From the human T2T-CHM13v2.0 reference genome, Homo sapiens: a stretch of DNA of 64,000 bases. The stretch's first letter is position 1, and the number at the start of each line of letters is the position of its first letter. This document shows, piece by piece, positions 13,552-28,500 of the stretch. The position numbers and the translations under genes are program-made. The stretch lies in NCBI RefSeq assembly GCF_009914755.1, contig NC_060933.1, one strand, 5' to 3'. Below the pieces are notes generated by a model. The model was given only the letters and a program-made list of their open reading frames with translations. It did not search any database and was not told the DNA's origin.

Positions 13552-16500
13552 GCAATGGAATGGAATGGAATGGAACGGAAAGGAATGGAATGGAATGGAA
13601 TGGAATGGAATGGAATGGAATGGAATGGAATGGAATCAACGCGAGTGCAGGGGAATGGAATATAATGGAATGTAATGGAATGGAATCTTCCGGAATGGAA
13701 TGGAATGGAATGGAATCAACCCGAGTGCAATGGAATGGAGTGGAATGGAATGGAATGGAATGGAACAACCCGAATGGAATCGAATGTAATGGAGAGTAAG
13801 GGAGTTGAATAGAATGAATCCGAACGTAATGGAATGGAATGGAACGGAATGGAATTGAATGGAATGGAATGGAATGCAATGGAATGGAATCAAACCGAGT
13901 GCAATGGAATGGAGAGGAATGGAATGGAATGGAGTGGAAACTACCCGAATGGAATGGAATGTAATGGAGTGTAAGGGAATTGAATAGAATCAATCCGAAT
14001 GTAATGGAATGGAATGGAACGGAATGGAATGGAATGGAATGGAATGGAATAGAATGGAATGCAATGGAATGGAATCAACCCGAGTGCAATCGAATGGAAT
14101 CGAATGGAATGGAATGCAATGGAATGGATTCAACTTGAATGGAATGGAAAGAATGGAATCAACACGAGTGGAATGGCATGGATTGGAATGGAATTGAATG
14201 GAATCAACCCGAGTACAGGGTAATGGAATGGAATGGAATGCAATGGAATGGAATCATCCGTAATAGAATGGAAAGGAATGGAATGGAATGGAATGGAATG
14301 GAATGGAATGGAATGGAATCAACTCGATTGCAATCGAATGGAATGGAATGGAATTCACCCGAATAGAATGGAATGGAATGGAATGGAACGGAACGGAATG
14401 TAATGGAATGGAATGGAATGGAATGGAACGGAACGGAATGGAATGGAATTGAATGGAATGGAATGGAATGGAATGGAATCAACGCGAGTGCAGGGGAATG
14501 GAATGGAATAGAATGCAATGGAATGGAATCTTCCGGAATGGAATGGAATGGAATGGAATGGAATGAAATGCGATGGATTCAACTCGATTGCAATGGAATG
14601 GAATAGAATGGAATGGAATGGAATGGAATGGAATGGAATGGAATTAACCCGAATAGAATGGAATGGAATGGAATGGAACGGAATGGAACGGAATGGAATG
14701 GAATGGAATGGAATGGAATGGTATGGAATGGAATGGAATGGTACGGAATAGAATGGAATGGAACGAATTGTAATGGAATGGAATTGAATGGAATGGAATG
14801 GAATGGAATGGAATCAACGCGAGTGCAGGGGAATGTAATGGAACGGAATGCAATGGAATGGAATCATCCGGAATGGAATGGAATGGAATGGAATGGAATG
14901 GAATCAACCCGAGTGCAGTGGAATGGAATGGAATGGAATGGAACAACCCGAATGGAATGGAATGTAATGGAGAGTAAGGGAGTTGAATAGAATCAATCCG
15001 AATGCAATGGAATGGAATGCAACGGAATGGAATGGAATGGAATGGAATGGAATGCCTTCATACCGAATGGAATGGAAAGGAATGGAATCAACAGGAGTGG
15101 AATGGAATGGAATGGAATGCAATGGAATGGAATGGAATGGAATGATACGGAATAGAATGGAATGGAACGAAATGGAATGGAATGGAATAGAATGGAATGG
15201 AATGGAATGGAATGGAATGGAATGGAATGGAATCGTTCCGAGTGGAATAGGAGGGAATGTATTCGAGTGGAATGGAAAGGAATGGAATCAACCAGAGTGG
15301 AATGGAAGGGAAAGGAATGGAATAGAAACTAATAGAATGGAATCAACCCGAGTGGAATGGAATGGAAAGGACTGGAATGGAAAGGAATGGAATGGAAAGG
15401 AATGGAATGGAATGGAATGGAATGGAATGGAATCAACGCGAGTGCAGGGGAATGGAATGGAATCGAATGGAATGGAATGGAATGGAATGGAATCAACCCT
15501 AGTGCAGGGGAATGTAATGGAACGGAATGCAATGGAATGGAATCATCGGGAATGGAATGGAATGGAATGGAATGGAATCAACCCGAGTGCAATGGAATGG
15601 AGTGGAATGGAATGGAATGGAATGGAACAATCCGAATGGAATGGAATGTAATGGAGAGAAAGGGAGTTGAAAGAATCAATCCGAATGTAATGGAATGGAA
15701 CGGAAAGGATTGGAATGGAATGCAATGGAATGGAATGTAATGGAATGCAATGGAATGGAATCAACCCGAGTACAATGGAATGGAATGGAATGGAATGGAA
15801 GGGAATGGAATGGAATGCAATGATACGGAATAGAATGGAATGGAACGAAATGGAATGGAATGGAATGGAATGGAATGGAATGCAATGGAATGGAATGGAA
15901 TGGAATCGTTCCGAGTGGAATAGGAGGGAATGTATTCGAGTGGAATGGAAAGGAAGGGAATCAACCAGAGTGGAATGGAAGGGAATGGAATGGAATGGAA
16001 ACTAATAGAATGGAATCAACCCGAGTGGCATGGAATGGAAAGGACTGGAATGGAATGGAATGGAATGGAATCAACTCGATTGTAATGGAATGGAATGGAA
16101 TGGAATGGAATGGAATGGAATGGAATGGAATGGAATCTTCCGGAATGGAATGGAATGGAATGGAATGGAATCAACCCGAGTGCAATGGAATGGAGTGGAA
16201 TGGAATGGAATGGAATGGAACAACCCGAATGGAATGGAATGGAATGGAGAGTAAGGGAGTTGAATAGAATCAATCCGAATGTAATGGAATGGAATGGAAC
16301 GGAATGGAATTGAATGGAATGGAATGGAATGCAATGAAATGGAATCAACCCGAGTGCAATGGAATGGAGAGGAATGGAATGGAATGGAATGGAATCTACC
16401 CGAATGGAATGGAATGTAATGGAGTGTAAGGGAATTGAATAGAATCAATCCGAATGTAATGGAATGGAATGGAAAGGAATGGAATGGAATGGAATGGAAT

Positions 16501-18289
16501 GGAATGGAATGCAATGGAATGGAATCAACCCGAGTGCAATCGAATGGAATCGAATTGAATGGAATGCAATGGAATGGATTCAACTTCAATGGAATGGAAA
16601 GAATGGAATCAACAGGAGTGGAATGGCATGGATTGGAATGGAATGGAAGGGAATCAACCCGAGTACAGGGGAATGGAATGGAATGGAATACAATGGAATG
16701 GAATCATCCGTAATGGAATGGAAAGGAATGGAATGGAATGGAATGGAATGGAATGGAATGGAATCAACTCGATTGCAATCGAATGGAATGGAATGGAATT
16801 AACCCGAATAGAATGGAATGGAATGGAATTGAACGGAACGGAACGGAATGGAATGGATTGGAATGGAATGGAATGGAATGGAATGGAACGGAACGGAACG
16901 GAAGGGAATGGAATGGAATGGAATGGAATGGAATGGAATGGAATGGAATGGAATGCAATGGAATGGAATCAACCCGAGTACAATGGAATGGAATGGAATG
17001 GAATGGAATGGAATGGAATGGAATGGAATGGAGTGGAATGGAATGGAATGGAATGCTTTCAAACCGAATGGAATGGAAAGGAATGGAATCAACACCAGTG
17101 GAATGGAATGGAATGGAAAGGAATGGAATGGAATGGAATGGTAAGGAATAGAATGGAATGGAACGAAATGGAATGGAATGGAATGGAATGGAATGGAATG
17201 GAATAGAATCGTTCCGAGTGGAATAGGAGGGAATGTATTCGAGTGGAATGGAAAGGAATGGAATCAACCAGAGTGGAATGGAAGGGAAAGGACTGGAATG
17301 GAATGGAATGGAATGGAATGGAATGGAATGGAATGGAATCAACTCGATTGTAATGGTTTGGAATGGAATGGAATGGAATGGAATGGAATGGAATGGAATT
17401 AACCCGAATACAACGGAATGGAATGGAATGGAATGGAATGGAGTGGAATGGAATGGAATCAACCCGAGTGCAGGGGAATGGAATGGAATGGAATGCAATG
17501 GAATGGAATCTTCCGGAATGGAATGGAATGGAATGGAATGCAAAGCAATGGAATCAACTCGATTGCAATGGAATGGAATGGAATGGAAAGGAATACATTG
17601 GAATCAACCCGAGTGGAATGGAATGGAAAGGACTGGAATGGAGTGGAATGGAATGGAATGGAATGGAATGGAATGGAATCAACTCGATTGGAATGGAATG
17701 GAATGGAATGGAATGGAATGGAATGGAATGGAATCAACCCGACTGAAGGGGAATGGAATGGAATGGAATGCAATGGAATGGATTCAACTTGAATGGAATG
17801 GAAAGAATGGAATCAACACGAGTGGAATGGCATGGATTGGAATGGAATGGAATGGAATCAACCCGAGTACAGGGGAATGGAATGGAATGGAATGCAATGG
17901 AATGGAATCATCCGTAATGGCATGGAAAGGAATGGAATGGAATGGAATGGAATGGAATGGAATGGAATGGAATGGAATGGAATCAACTCGATTGCAATGG
18001 AATGGAATGGAATGGAATTAACCCGAATAGAATGGAATGGAATGGAATGGAACAGAACGGAATGGAATGGAATGGAATGGAATGGAATGGAATGGAACGG
18101 AAAGGAATGGAATGGAATGGAACGGAACGGAATGGAATGCAATGGAATGGAATGGAACGGAACGGAACGGAATGGAATGGAATGGAATGGAATGGAATCA
18201 ACGCGAGTGCAGGGGAATGGAATGGAATGGAATGCAATGGAATGGAATCTTCCGGAATGGAATGGAATGGAATGGAATGGAATGGAATG

Positions 18290-19820
18290 AAATGCAATGG
18301 ATTCAACTCGATTGCAATGGAATGGAATAGAATGGAATGGAATGGAATGGAATGGAATGATCCCGAATAGAATGGAATGGAATGCAATGGAACGGAATGG
18401 AACGGAATGGAATGGAATGGAATAGAATGGAATGGTATGGAATGGAATGGAATGGTACGGAATAGAATGGAATGGAACGAATTGTAATGGAATGGAATTG
18501 AATGGAATGGAATGGAATCAACGCGAGTGCAGGGGAATGTAATGGAACGGAATCCAATGGAATGGAATCATCCGGAATGGAATGGAATGGAATGGAATGG
18601 AATGGAATCAACCCGAGTGCAATGGAATGGAGTGGAATGGAATGGAATGGAATGGAAAACACGAATGGAATGGAATGTAATGGAGAGTAAGGGAGTTGAA
18701 TAGAATCAATCGGAATGTAATGGAATGCAACGGAATGGAATGGAATGGAATGGAATGGAATGCAGTGGAATGGAATCAACCCGAGTACAATGGAATGGAA
18801 TGGAATGGAATGGAATGGAATGGAATGGAATGGAATGGAATGCCTTCAAACCGAATGGAAAGGAATGGAATGAAAACAACTCGAGTGGAATGGAATGGAA
18901 TGGAATGGATTGGAATGGATTGCAACGGAATGAAATGGAATGGAATGGAATGGAATCAATCATTCCGAGTGGAATGGAAGGGAATGTAATGGAGTGGAAA
19001 GAAGGGAATGGAATCAACCCGATTGGAATGCAAGGCAATGGAATGGAATGGAATGGAATGGAATGGAATGGAATGGAATGGTGTGGAATGGAATGGAATG
19101 GTACGGAATAGAATGGAATGGAACGAATTGTAATGGAATGGAATTGAATGGAATGGAATGGAATCAACGCGAGTGCAGGGAAATGTAATGGAACGAAATG
19201 CAATGGAATGGAATCATCCGGAATGGAATGGAATGGAATGGAATGGAATGGAATGGAATCAACCCGACTGCAATGGAATGGAGTGGAATGGAATGGAATG
19301 GAATGGAACAACCCGAATGGAATGGAATGTAATGGAGAGTAAGGGAGTTGAATAGAATCAATCCAAATGTAATGGAATGGAATGCAACGGAATGGAATGG
19401 AATGGAATGGAATGGAATGGAATGCAATGGAATGGAATCAACCCGAGTACAATGGAATGGAATGGAATGGAATGGAATGGAATGGAATGGAATGGAATGA
19501 TACGGAATAGAATGGAATGGAACGAAATGGAATGGAATGGAATGGAATCGTTCCGAGTGGAATAGGAGGGAATTTATTCGAGTGGAATGGAAAGGAATGG
19601 AATCAACCAGAGTGGAATGGAAGGGAATGGAATGGAATGGAAACTAATAGAATGGAATCAACCCGTGTGGAATGGAATGGAAAGGACTGGAATGGAATGG
19701 AATGGAGTGGAATCAACTCGATTGTAATGGAATGGAATGGAATGGAATGGAATGGAATGGAATTAACCCGAATACAATGGAATGGAATGGAATGGAACGG
19801 AATGGAGTGGAATGGAATGG
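18290..19820 (+). repeat. ~1.5-kb segment, copy 1 of a dispersed duplication (offset ~5.8 kb)
   Basis: Private variants aatccaatgg 18551/24353, ggaaaacacg 18654/24456, aatttattcg 19571/25378 and acccgtgtgg 19661/25468. Confidence 0.88.
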
Positions 19821-22259
19821 AATCAACCCGAGTGCAGGGGAATGGAATGGAATTGAATGCAATGGAATGGAATCATCCGGAATGGAATGGAATGGAATGG
19901 AATGCAAAGCAATGGAATCAACTCGATCGCAATGGAATGGAATGGAATGGAAAGGAATACATTGGAATCAACCCGAGTGGAATGGAATGGAAAGGACTGG
20001 AATGGAGTGGAATGGAATGGAATGGAATGGAATGGAATGGAATGGAATGGAATCAACTTGATTGGAATGGAATGGAATGGAATGGAATGGAATGGAATTA
20101 ACCCGAATAGAAAGGAATGGAATGGAATGGAACGGAACGGAACGGAATGTAATGTAATGTAATGTAATGGAAAGGAATGGAATGGAATCAACCCGACTGC
20201 AGGGGAATGGAAAGGAATGGAATTCAATGGAATGGATTCAACTTGAATGGAATGGAAAGAATGGAATCAACACTACTGGAATGGCATGGATTGGAATGGA
20301 ATGGAATGGAGTCAACACGAGTACAGGGGAATGGAATGGAATGGAATGCAATTGAATGGAATCATCCGTAATGGAATGGAAAGCAAAGGAATGGAATGGA
20401 ATGGAATGGAATGGAATGGAATGGAATCAACTCGATGGCAATCGAATGGAATGGAATGGAATTAACCCGAATAGAATGGAATGGAATGGAATGGAACGGA
20501 ACGGAAAGGAATGGAATGTAATGGAATGGAATGGAATGGAATGGAATGGAATGGAACGGAATGGAATGGAATGGAATGGAATGGAATGGAATGGAATGGA
20601 ACGGAAAGGAATGGAATGGAATGGAATGGAATGGAATGGAATGGAATGGAATGGAATCAACGCGAGTGCAGGGGAATGGAATGGAATGGAATGCAATGGA
20701 ATGGAATCTTCCGGAATGGAATGGAATTGAATGGAATGGAATGGAATGGAATGGAATAAACCCGAGTGCAATGGAATGGAGTGGAACGGAATGGAATGGA
20801 ATGGAACAACCCGAATGGAATGGAATGTAATGGAGACTAAGGGAGTTGAATAGAATCAATCCGAATGTAATGGAATGGAATGGAACGGAATGGAATTGAA
20901 TGGAATGGAATGGAATGCAATGGAATGGAATCAACCCGAGTGCAATGGAATGTAGAGGAATGGAATGGAATGGAATGGAAACTACCCGAATGGAATGGAA
21001 TGTAATGGAGTGTAAGGGAATTGAATAGAATCAATCCGAATATAATGGAATGGAATGGAACGGAATGGAATGGAATGGAATGCAATGGAATGGAATCAAC
21101 CCGAGTGCAATCGAATGGAATCAAATGGAATGGAATGCAGTGGAATGGATTCAACTTGAATGGAATAGAAAGAATGGAATCAACACGAGTGGAAAGGCAT
21201 GGATTGGAATGCAATGGAATGGAATCAACCCGAGTACAGGGGAATGGAATGGAATGGAATGCAATGGAATGGAATCATCCGTAATGGAATGGAAAGGAAT
21301 GGAATGGAATGGAATGGAATGGAATGGAATGGAATGGAATGGAATCAACACGATTGCAATCGAATGGAATGGAATGGAATTAACCCGAATAGAATGGAAT
21401 GGAATGGAATGGAACGGAACGGAATGGAATGGAATGGAATGGAACGGAACGGAACGGAACGGAATGGAACGGAATGGAATGGAATGGAATGGAATGGAAT
21501 GGAATGGAATGGAATCAACGCGAGTGCAGGGGAATGGAATGGAATGGAATGCAATGGAATGGAATCTTCCGGAATGGAATGGAATGGAATGGAATGGAAT
21601 GAAATGCCATGGATTCAACTCGATTGCAATGGAATGGAATAGAATGGAATGGAATGGAATGGAATGGAAATAACGCGAATAGAATGGAATGGAATGGAAT
21701 GGAACGGAATGGAACGGAATGGAATGGAATGGAATGGAATGGAATGGAATGGTATGGAATGGAATGGAATTGTACGGAATAGAATGGAATGGAAAGAATT
21801 GTAATGGAATGGAATTGAATGGAATGGAATGGAATGGAATGGAATCAACGCGAGTACAGGGGAATGTAATGGAACGGAACGCAATGGAATGGAATCATCC
21901 GGAATGGAATGGAATGAAATGGAATAGAATGGAATGGAATGGAATCAACTCGATTGGAATGGAATGGAACGGAATGGAATGGAATGGAATGGAATGGAAT
22001 GGAATTAACCCGAATACAATGGAATGGAATGGAATGGAACGGAACGGAACGGAATGGAATGGAATGGAATGGAATGGAATGGAATGGAAACAATCCGTCT
22101 GCAGGGGAATGGAATGGAATGGAATGCAATGGAATGGATTCAACTTGAATGGAATGGAAAGAATGGAATCAACACGAGTGGAATGGCATGGATTGTAATG
22201 GAATGGAATGGAATCAACCCGAGTACAGGGGAATGGAATGGAATGGAATGCAATGGAAT

Positions 22260-22339
22260 GGAATCTTCCGGAATGGAATGGAATGGAATGGAATGGAATG
22301 GAATGGAATGGAATGCAATGGAATGGAATCTTCCGGAAT
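22260..22339. promoter_or_regulatory. Two perfect HSE modules 65 bp apart (local duplication)
   Basis: ggaatcttccggaat starts at 22260 and at 22325. Confidence 0.55.
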
Positions 22340-24089
22340 GGAATGGAATGGAATGGAATGGAATGGAATGGAATGGAATGGAATGGAATAAACCCGAGTG
22401 CAATGGAATGGAGTGCAATGGAATGGAATGGAATGGAACAACCCGAATGGAATGGAATGTAATGGAGAGTAAGGGAGTTGAATAGAATCAATCCGAATGT
22501 AATGGAATGGAATGGAACGGAATGGAATTGAATGGAATGGAATGGAATGCAATGGAATGGAATCAACCCGAGTGCAATGGAATGGAGAGGAATGGAATGG
22601 AATGGAATGGAAACTACCCGAATGGAATGGAATGTAATGGAGTGTAAGGGAATTGAATAGAATCAATCCGAATGTAATGGAATGGAATGGAACGGAATGG
22701 AATGGAATGGAATGGAATGGAATGCAATGGAATGGAATCAACCCGAGTGCAATCGAATGGAATCGAATGGAATGGAATGCAATGGAATGGATTCAACTTG
22801 AATGGAATGGAAAGAATGGAATCAACACGAGTGGAAGGGCATGGATTGGAATGCAATGGAATGGAATCAACCCGAGTACAGGGGAATGGAATGGAATGGA
22901 ATGCAATGGAATGGAATCATCCGTAATGGAATGGAAAGGAATGGAATGGAATGGAATGGAATGGAATCAACTCGATTGCAATTGAATGGAATGGAATGGA
23001 ATTAACCCGAATAGAATGAAATGGAATGGAATGGAACGGAACGGAATGGAATGGAATGGAATGGAATGGAATGGAACGGAAAGGAAGGGAATGGAATGGA
23101 ATAGAATGGAATGGAATGGAATCAACGCGAGTGCAGGGGAATGGAATGGAATGGAATGCAATGGAATGGAATCTTCCGGAATGGAATGGAATGGAATGGA
23201 ATGGAATGGAATGGAATGGAATCAACCCGAGTGCAATGGAATGGAGTGGAATGGAATGGAATGGAATGGAACAACCCGAATGGAATGGAATGTAATGGAG
23301 AGTAAGGGAGTTGAATAGAATCAATCCGAATGTAACGGAATGGAAGGGAACGGAATGGAATTGAATGGAATGGAATGGAATGGAATGGAATGGAATCAAC
23401 CCGAGTTCAATGGAATGGAGAGGAATGGAATGGAATGGAATGGAAACTACCCAAATGGAATGGAATGTAATGGAGTGTAAGGGAATTGAATAGAATCAAT
23501 CCGAATGTAATGGAATGGAATGGAACGGAATGGAATGGAATGGAATGGAATGGAATGCAATGGAATGCAATCAACCCGAGTGCAATCGAATGGAATCGAA
23601 TGGAATGGAATGCAATGGAATGGATTCAACTTGAATGGAATGGAAAGAATGGAATCAACACGAGTGGAATGGCATGGATTGGAATGGAATGGAATGGAAT
23701 CAACCCGAGTACAGGGGAATGGAATGGAATGGAATGCAATGGAATGGAATCATCCGTAATGGAATGGAAAGGAATGGAATGGAATGGAATGGAATGGAAT
23801 GGAATGGAATGGAATGGAATCAACTCGATTGCAATCGAATGGAATGGAATGGAATTAACCCGAATAGAATGGAATGGAATGGAATGGAACGGAACGGAAT
23901 GGAATGGAATGGAATGGAATGGAACGGAACGGAATGGAACGGAAAGGAATGGAATGGAATGGAATGTAATGGAATGGAATGGAATGGAATGGAATGGAAT
24001 GGAGTCAACGCGAGTGCAGGGGAATGGAATGGAATGGAATGCAATGGAATGGAATCTTCCGGAATGGAATGGAATGGAATGGAATGGAA

Positions 24090-25620
24090 TGAAATGCAAT
24101 GGATTCAACTCGATTGCAATGGAATGGAATAGAATGGAATGGAATGGAATGGAATGGAATTAATCCGAATAGAATGGAATGGAATGCAATGGAACGGAAT
24201 GGAACGGAATGGAATGGAATGGAATAGAATGGAATGGTATGGAATGGAATGGAATGGTACGGAATAGAATGGAATGGAACGAATTGTAATGGAATGGAAT
24301 TGAATGGAATGGAATGGAATCAACGCGAGTGCAGGGGAATGTAATGGAACGGAATCCAATGGAATGGAATCATCCGGAATGGAATGGAATGGAATGGAAT
24401 GGAATGGAATCAACCCGAGTGCAATGGAATGGAGTGGAATGGAATGGAATGGAATGGAAAACACGAATGGAATGGAATGTAATGGAGAGTAAGGGAGTTG
24501 AATAGAATCAATCGGAATGTAATGGAATGCAACGGAATGGAATGGAATGGAATGGAATGGAATGCAATGGAATGGAATCAACCCGAGTACAATGGAATGG
24601 AATGGAATGGAATGGAATGGAATGGAATGGAATGGAATGGAATGGAATGGAATGCCTTCAAACCGAATGGAAAGGAATGGAATGGAATCAACTCGAGTGG
24701 AATGGAATGGAATGGAATGGATTGGAATGGATTGCAACGGAATGAAATGGAATGGAATGGAATGGAATCAATCATTCCGAGTGGAATGGAAGGGAATGTA
24801 ATGGAGTGGAAAGAAGGGAATGGAATCAACCCGATTGGAATGCAAGGCAATGGAATGGAATGGAATGGAATGGAATGGAATGGAATGGTGTGGAATGGAA
24901 TGGAATGGTACGGAATAGAATGGAATGGAACGAATTGTAGTGTAATGGAATTGAATGGAATGGAATGGAATCAACGCGAGTGCAGGGAAATGTAATGGAA
25001 CGAAATGCAATGGAATGGAATCATCCGGAATGGAATGGAATGGAATGGAATGGAATGGAATGGAATCAACCCGACTACAATGGAATGGAGTGGAATGGAA
25101 TGGAATGGAATGGAACAACCCGAATGGAATGGAATGTAATGGAGAGTAAGGGAGTTGAATAGAATCAATCCAAATGTAATGGAATGGAATGCAACGGAAT
25201 GGAATGGAATGGAATGGAATGGAATGCAATGGAATGGAATCAACCCGAGTACAATGCAATGGAATGGAATGGAATGGAATGGAATGGAATGGAATGGAAT
25301 GGAATGATACGGAATAGAATGGAATGGAACGAAATGGAATGGAATGGAATGGAATCGTTCCGAGTGGAATAGGAGGGAATTTATTCGAGTGGAATGGAAA
25401 GGAATGGAATCAACCAGAGTGGAATGGAAGGGAATGGAATGGAATGGAAACTAATAGAATGGAATCAACCCGTGTGGAATGGAATGGAAAGGACTGGAAT
25501 GGAATGGAATGGAGTGGAATCAACTCGATTGTAATGGAATGGAATGGAATGGAATGGAATGGAATGGAATTAACCCGAATACAATGGAATGGAATGGAAT
25601 GGAACGGAATGGAGTGGAAT
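24090..25620 (+). repeat. ~1.5-kb segment, copy 2 of the 5.8-kb-offset duplication
   Basis: Same private variants as 18290-19820, in the same order. Confidence 0.88.
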
Positions 25621-25699
25621 GGAATGGAATGGAATGGAATCAACCTGAGCGCAATGGAATGGAGTGGAATGGAATGGAACGGAATGGAATGGAATGGAA

Positions 25700-28500
25700 T
25701 CAACGCGAGTGCAGGGGAATGGAATGGAATCGAATGGAATGGAAAGGAATGGAATGGAATCAACCCGAGTGCAGGGGAACCTAATGGAACGGAATGCAAT
25801 GGAATGGAATCACCCGGAATGGAATGGAATGGAATGGAATGGAATGGAATCAACCCGAGTGCAATGGAATGGAGTGGAATGGAAAGGAATGGAATGGAAC
25901 AACCCGAATGGAATGGAATGTAATGGAGAGTAAGGGAGTTGAAAAGAATCAATCCGAATGTAATGGAATGGAATGGAACGGAATGGAATGGAATGGAATG
26001 GAATGGAATGCAATGGAATGGAATCAACCCGAGTACAATGGAATGGAATGGAATGGAATGGAATTGAATGGAATGGAATGGACTGCAATGGAATGGAATC
26101 TTCCGGAATGGAATGGAATGGAATGGAATGGAATGGAGTGGAATGCAATGGATTCAACTCGATTGCAATGGAATGGAATAGAATGGAATGGAATAGAATG
26201 GAATATAATGGAATTAAACCGAATAGAATGGAATGGAATGGAATGGAACGGAACAGAACGGAACGGAATGGAACGGAGTGGAATGGAATGGAATGGAATT
26301 GTATGGAATGGAATGGAATGGTACGGAATAGAATGGAATGGAAAGAATTGGAATGGAATGGAATCGAATGGAATGGAATGGAATGGAATGGAATGGAATC
26401 AACCCGAGTGCAGGGGAATGTAATGGAACGGAATGCAATGGAATGGAATCATCCGGAATGGAATGGAATGGAATGGAATGGAATGGAATGGAATGGAATC
26501 AACCCGAGCGCAATGGAATGGAGTGCAATGGAATGGAATGGAATGGAACAACCCGAATGGAATGGAATGTAATGGAGAGTAAGGGAGTTGAATAGAATCA
26601 ATCCGAATGTAATGGAATGGAACGGAATGGAATGGAATGGAATGGAATGGAATGGAATGGAATGGAATGGAATGCAGTGGAATGGAATCAACCCGAGTAC
26701 AATGGAACGGAATGGAATGGAATGTAATGTAATGGAATGGAATGGAATGGAATGGAATGGAATCAACCCGAGTGCAATGGAATGGAGAGGAATGGAAAGG
26801 AATGGAATGGAAACTACCCGAATGGAATGGAATGTAATGGAGTGTAAGGGAATTGAATAGAATCAATCCGAATGGAATGGAATGGAATGGAACGGAATGT
26901 AATTGAATGGAATGGAATGGAATCAACCCGAGTGCAGGGGAATGGAATGGAATGGAATGCAATGGAATGGAATCATCCGGAATGGAACGGAATGGAATGG
27001 AATGGAATGGAATGGAATCATCCCGAGTGCAATGGAATGGAGTGGAATGGAATGGAATGGAATGGAACAACCCGAATGGAATGGAATGAAATGGAGAGTA
27101 AGGGAGTTGAATAGAATCAATCCGAATGTAATGGAATGGAATGGAACGGAATGGAATTGAATGGAATGGAATGGAACGGAATGGAATGGAATGGAATCAA
27201 CGCGAGTGCAGGGGAAAGGAATGGAATCGAATGGAATGGAAAGGAATGGAATGGAATCAACCCGAGTGCAGGGGAACCTAATGGAACGGAATGCAATGGA
27301 ATGGAATCACCGGGAATGGAATGGAATGGAATGGAATGGAATCAACCCGAGTGCAATGGAATGGAGTGGAATGGAAAGGAATGGAATGGAACAACCCGAA
27401 TGGAATGGAATGTAATGGAGAGTAAGGGAGTTGAAAAGAATCAATCCGAATGTAATGGAATGGAATGGAACGGAATGGAATGGAATGGAATGGAATGGAA
27501 TGGAATGCAATGGAATGGAATCAACCCAAGTACAATGGAATGGAATGGAATGGAATGGAATGGAATGGAATGGAATGGAATGCAATGGAATGGAATCTTC
27601 CGGAATGGAATGGAATGGAATGGAATGGAGTGGAATGCAATGGATTCAACTCGATTGCAATGGAATGGAATAGAATGGAATGGAATAGAATGGAATATAA
27701 TGGAATTAAACCGAATAGAATGGAATGGAATGGAATGGAACGGAACAGAACGGAACGGAACGGAACGGAGTGGAATGGAATGGAATGGAATTGTATGGAA
27801 TGGAATGGAATGGTACGGAATAGAATGGAATGGAAAGAATTGGAATGGAATGGAATCGAATGGAATGGAATGGAATGGAATGGAATGGAATCAACCCGAG
27901 TGCAGGGGAATGTAATGGAATGGAATGCAATGGAATGGAATCATCCGGAATGGAATGGAATGGAATGGAATGGAATGGAATGGAATGGAATGGAATCAAC
28001 CCGAGCGCAATGGAATGGAGTGGAATGGAATGGAATGGAATGGAACAACCCGAATGGAATGGAATGTAATGGAGAGTAAGGGAGTTGAATAGAATCAATC
28101 CGAATGTAATGGAATGGAACGGAATGGAATGGAATGGAATGGAATGGAATGGAATGGAATGGAATGGAATGGAATGCAGTGGAATGGAATCAACCCGAGT
28201 ACAATGGAACGGAATGGAATGGAATGTAATGTAATGGAATGGAATGGAATGGAATGGAATGGAATGGAATCAACCCGAGTGCAATGGAATGGAGAGGAAT
28301 GGAATGGAATGGAATGGAAACTACCCGAATGGAATGGAATGTAATGGAGTGTAAGGGAATTGAATAGAATCAATCCGAATGGAATGGAATGGAATGGAAC
28401 GGAATGTAATGGAATGGAATGGAATGGAATCAACCCGAGTGCAGGGGAATGGAATGGAATGGAATGCAATGGAATGGAATCATCCGGAATGGAATGGAAT
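25700..28500 (+). repeat. ~1.5-kb tandem duplication (2 copies)
   Basis: ggaacctaatgg 25776/27273, gaatataatggaattaaacc 26201/27693 and aacccgagcgc 26501/27998 give offsets of 1492-1497. Confidence 0.9.

Noticed and set aside
20149-20168. (GTAAT)4 run
   Set aside because: Trivial local slippage of a variant pentamer.
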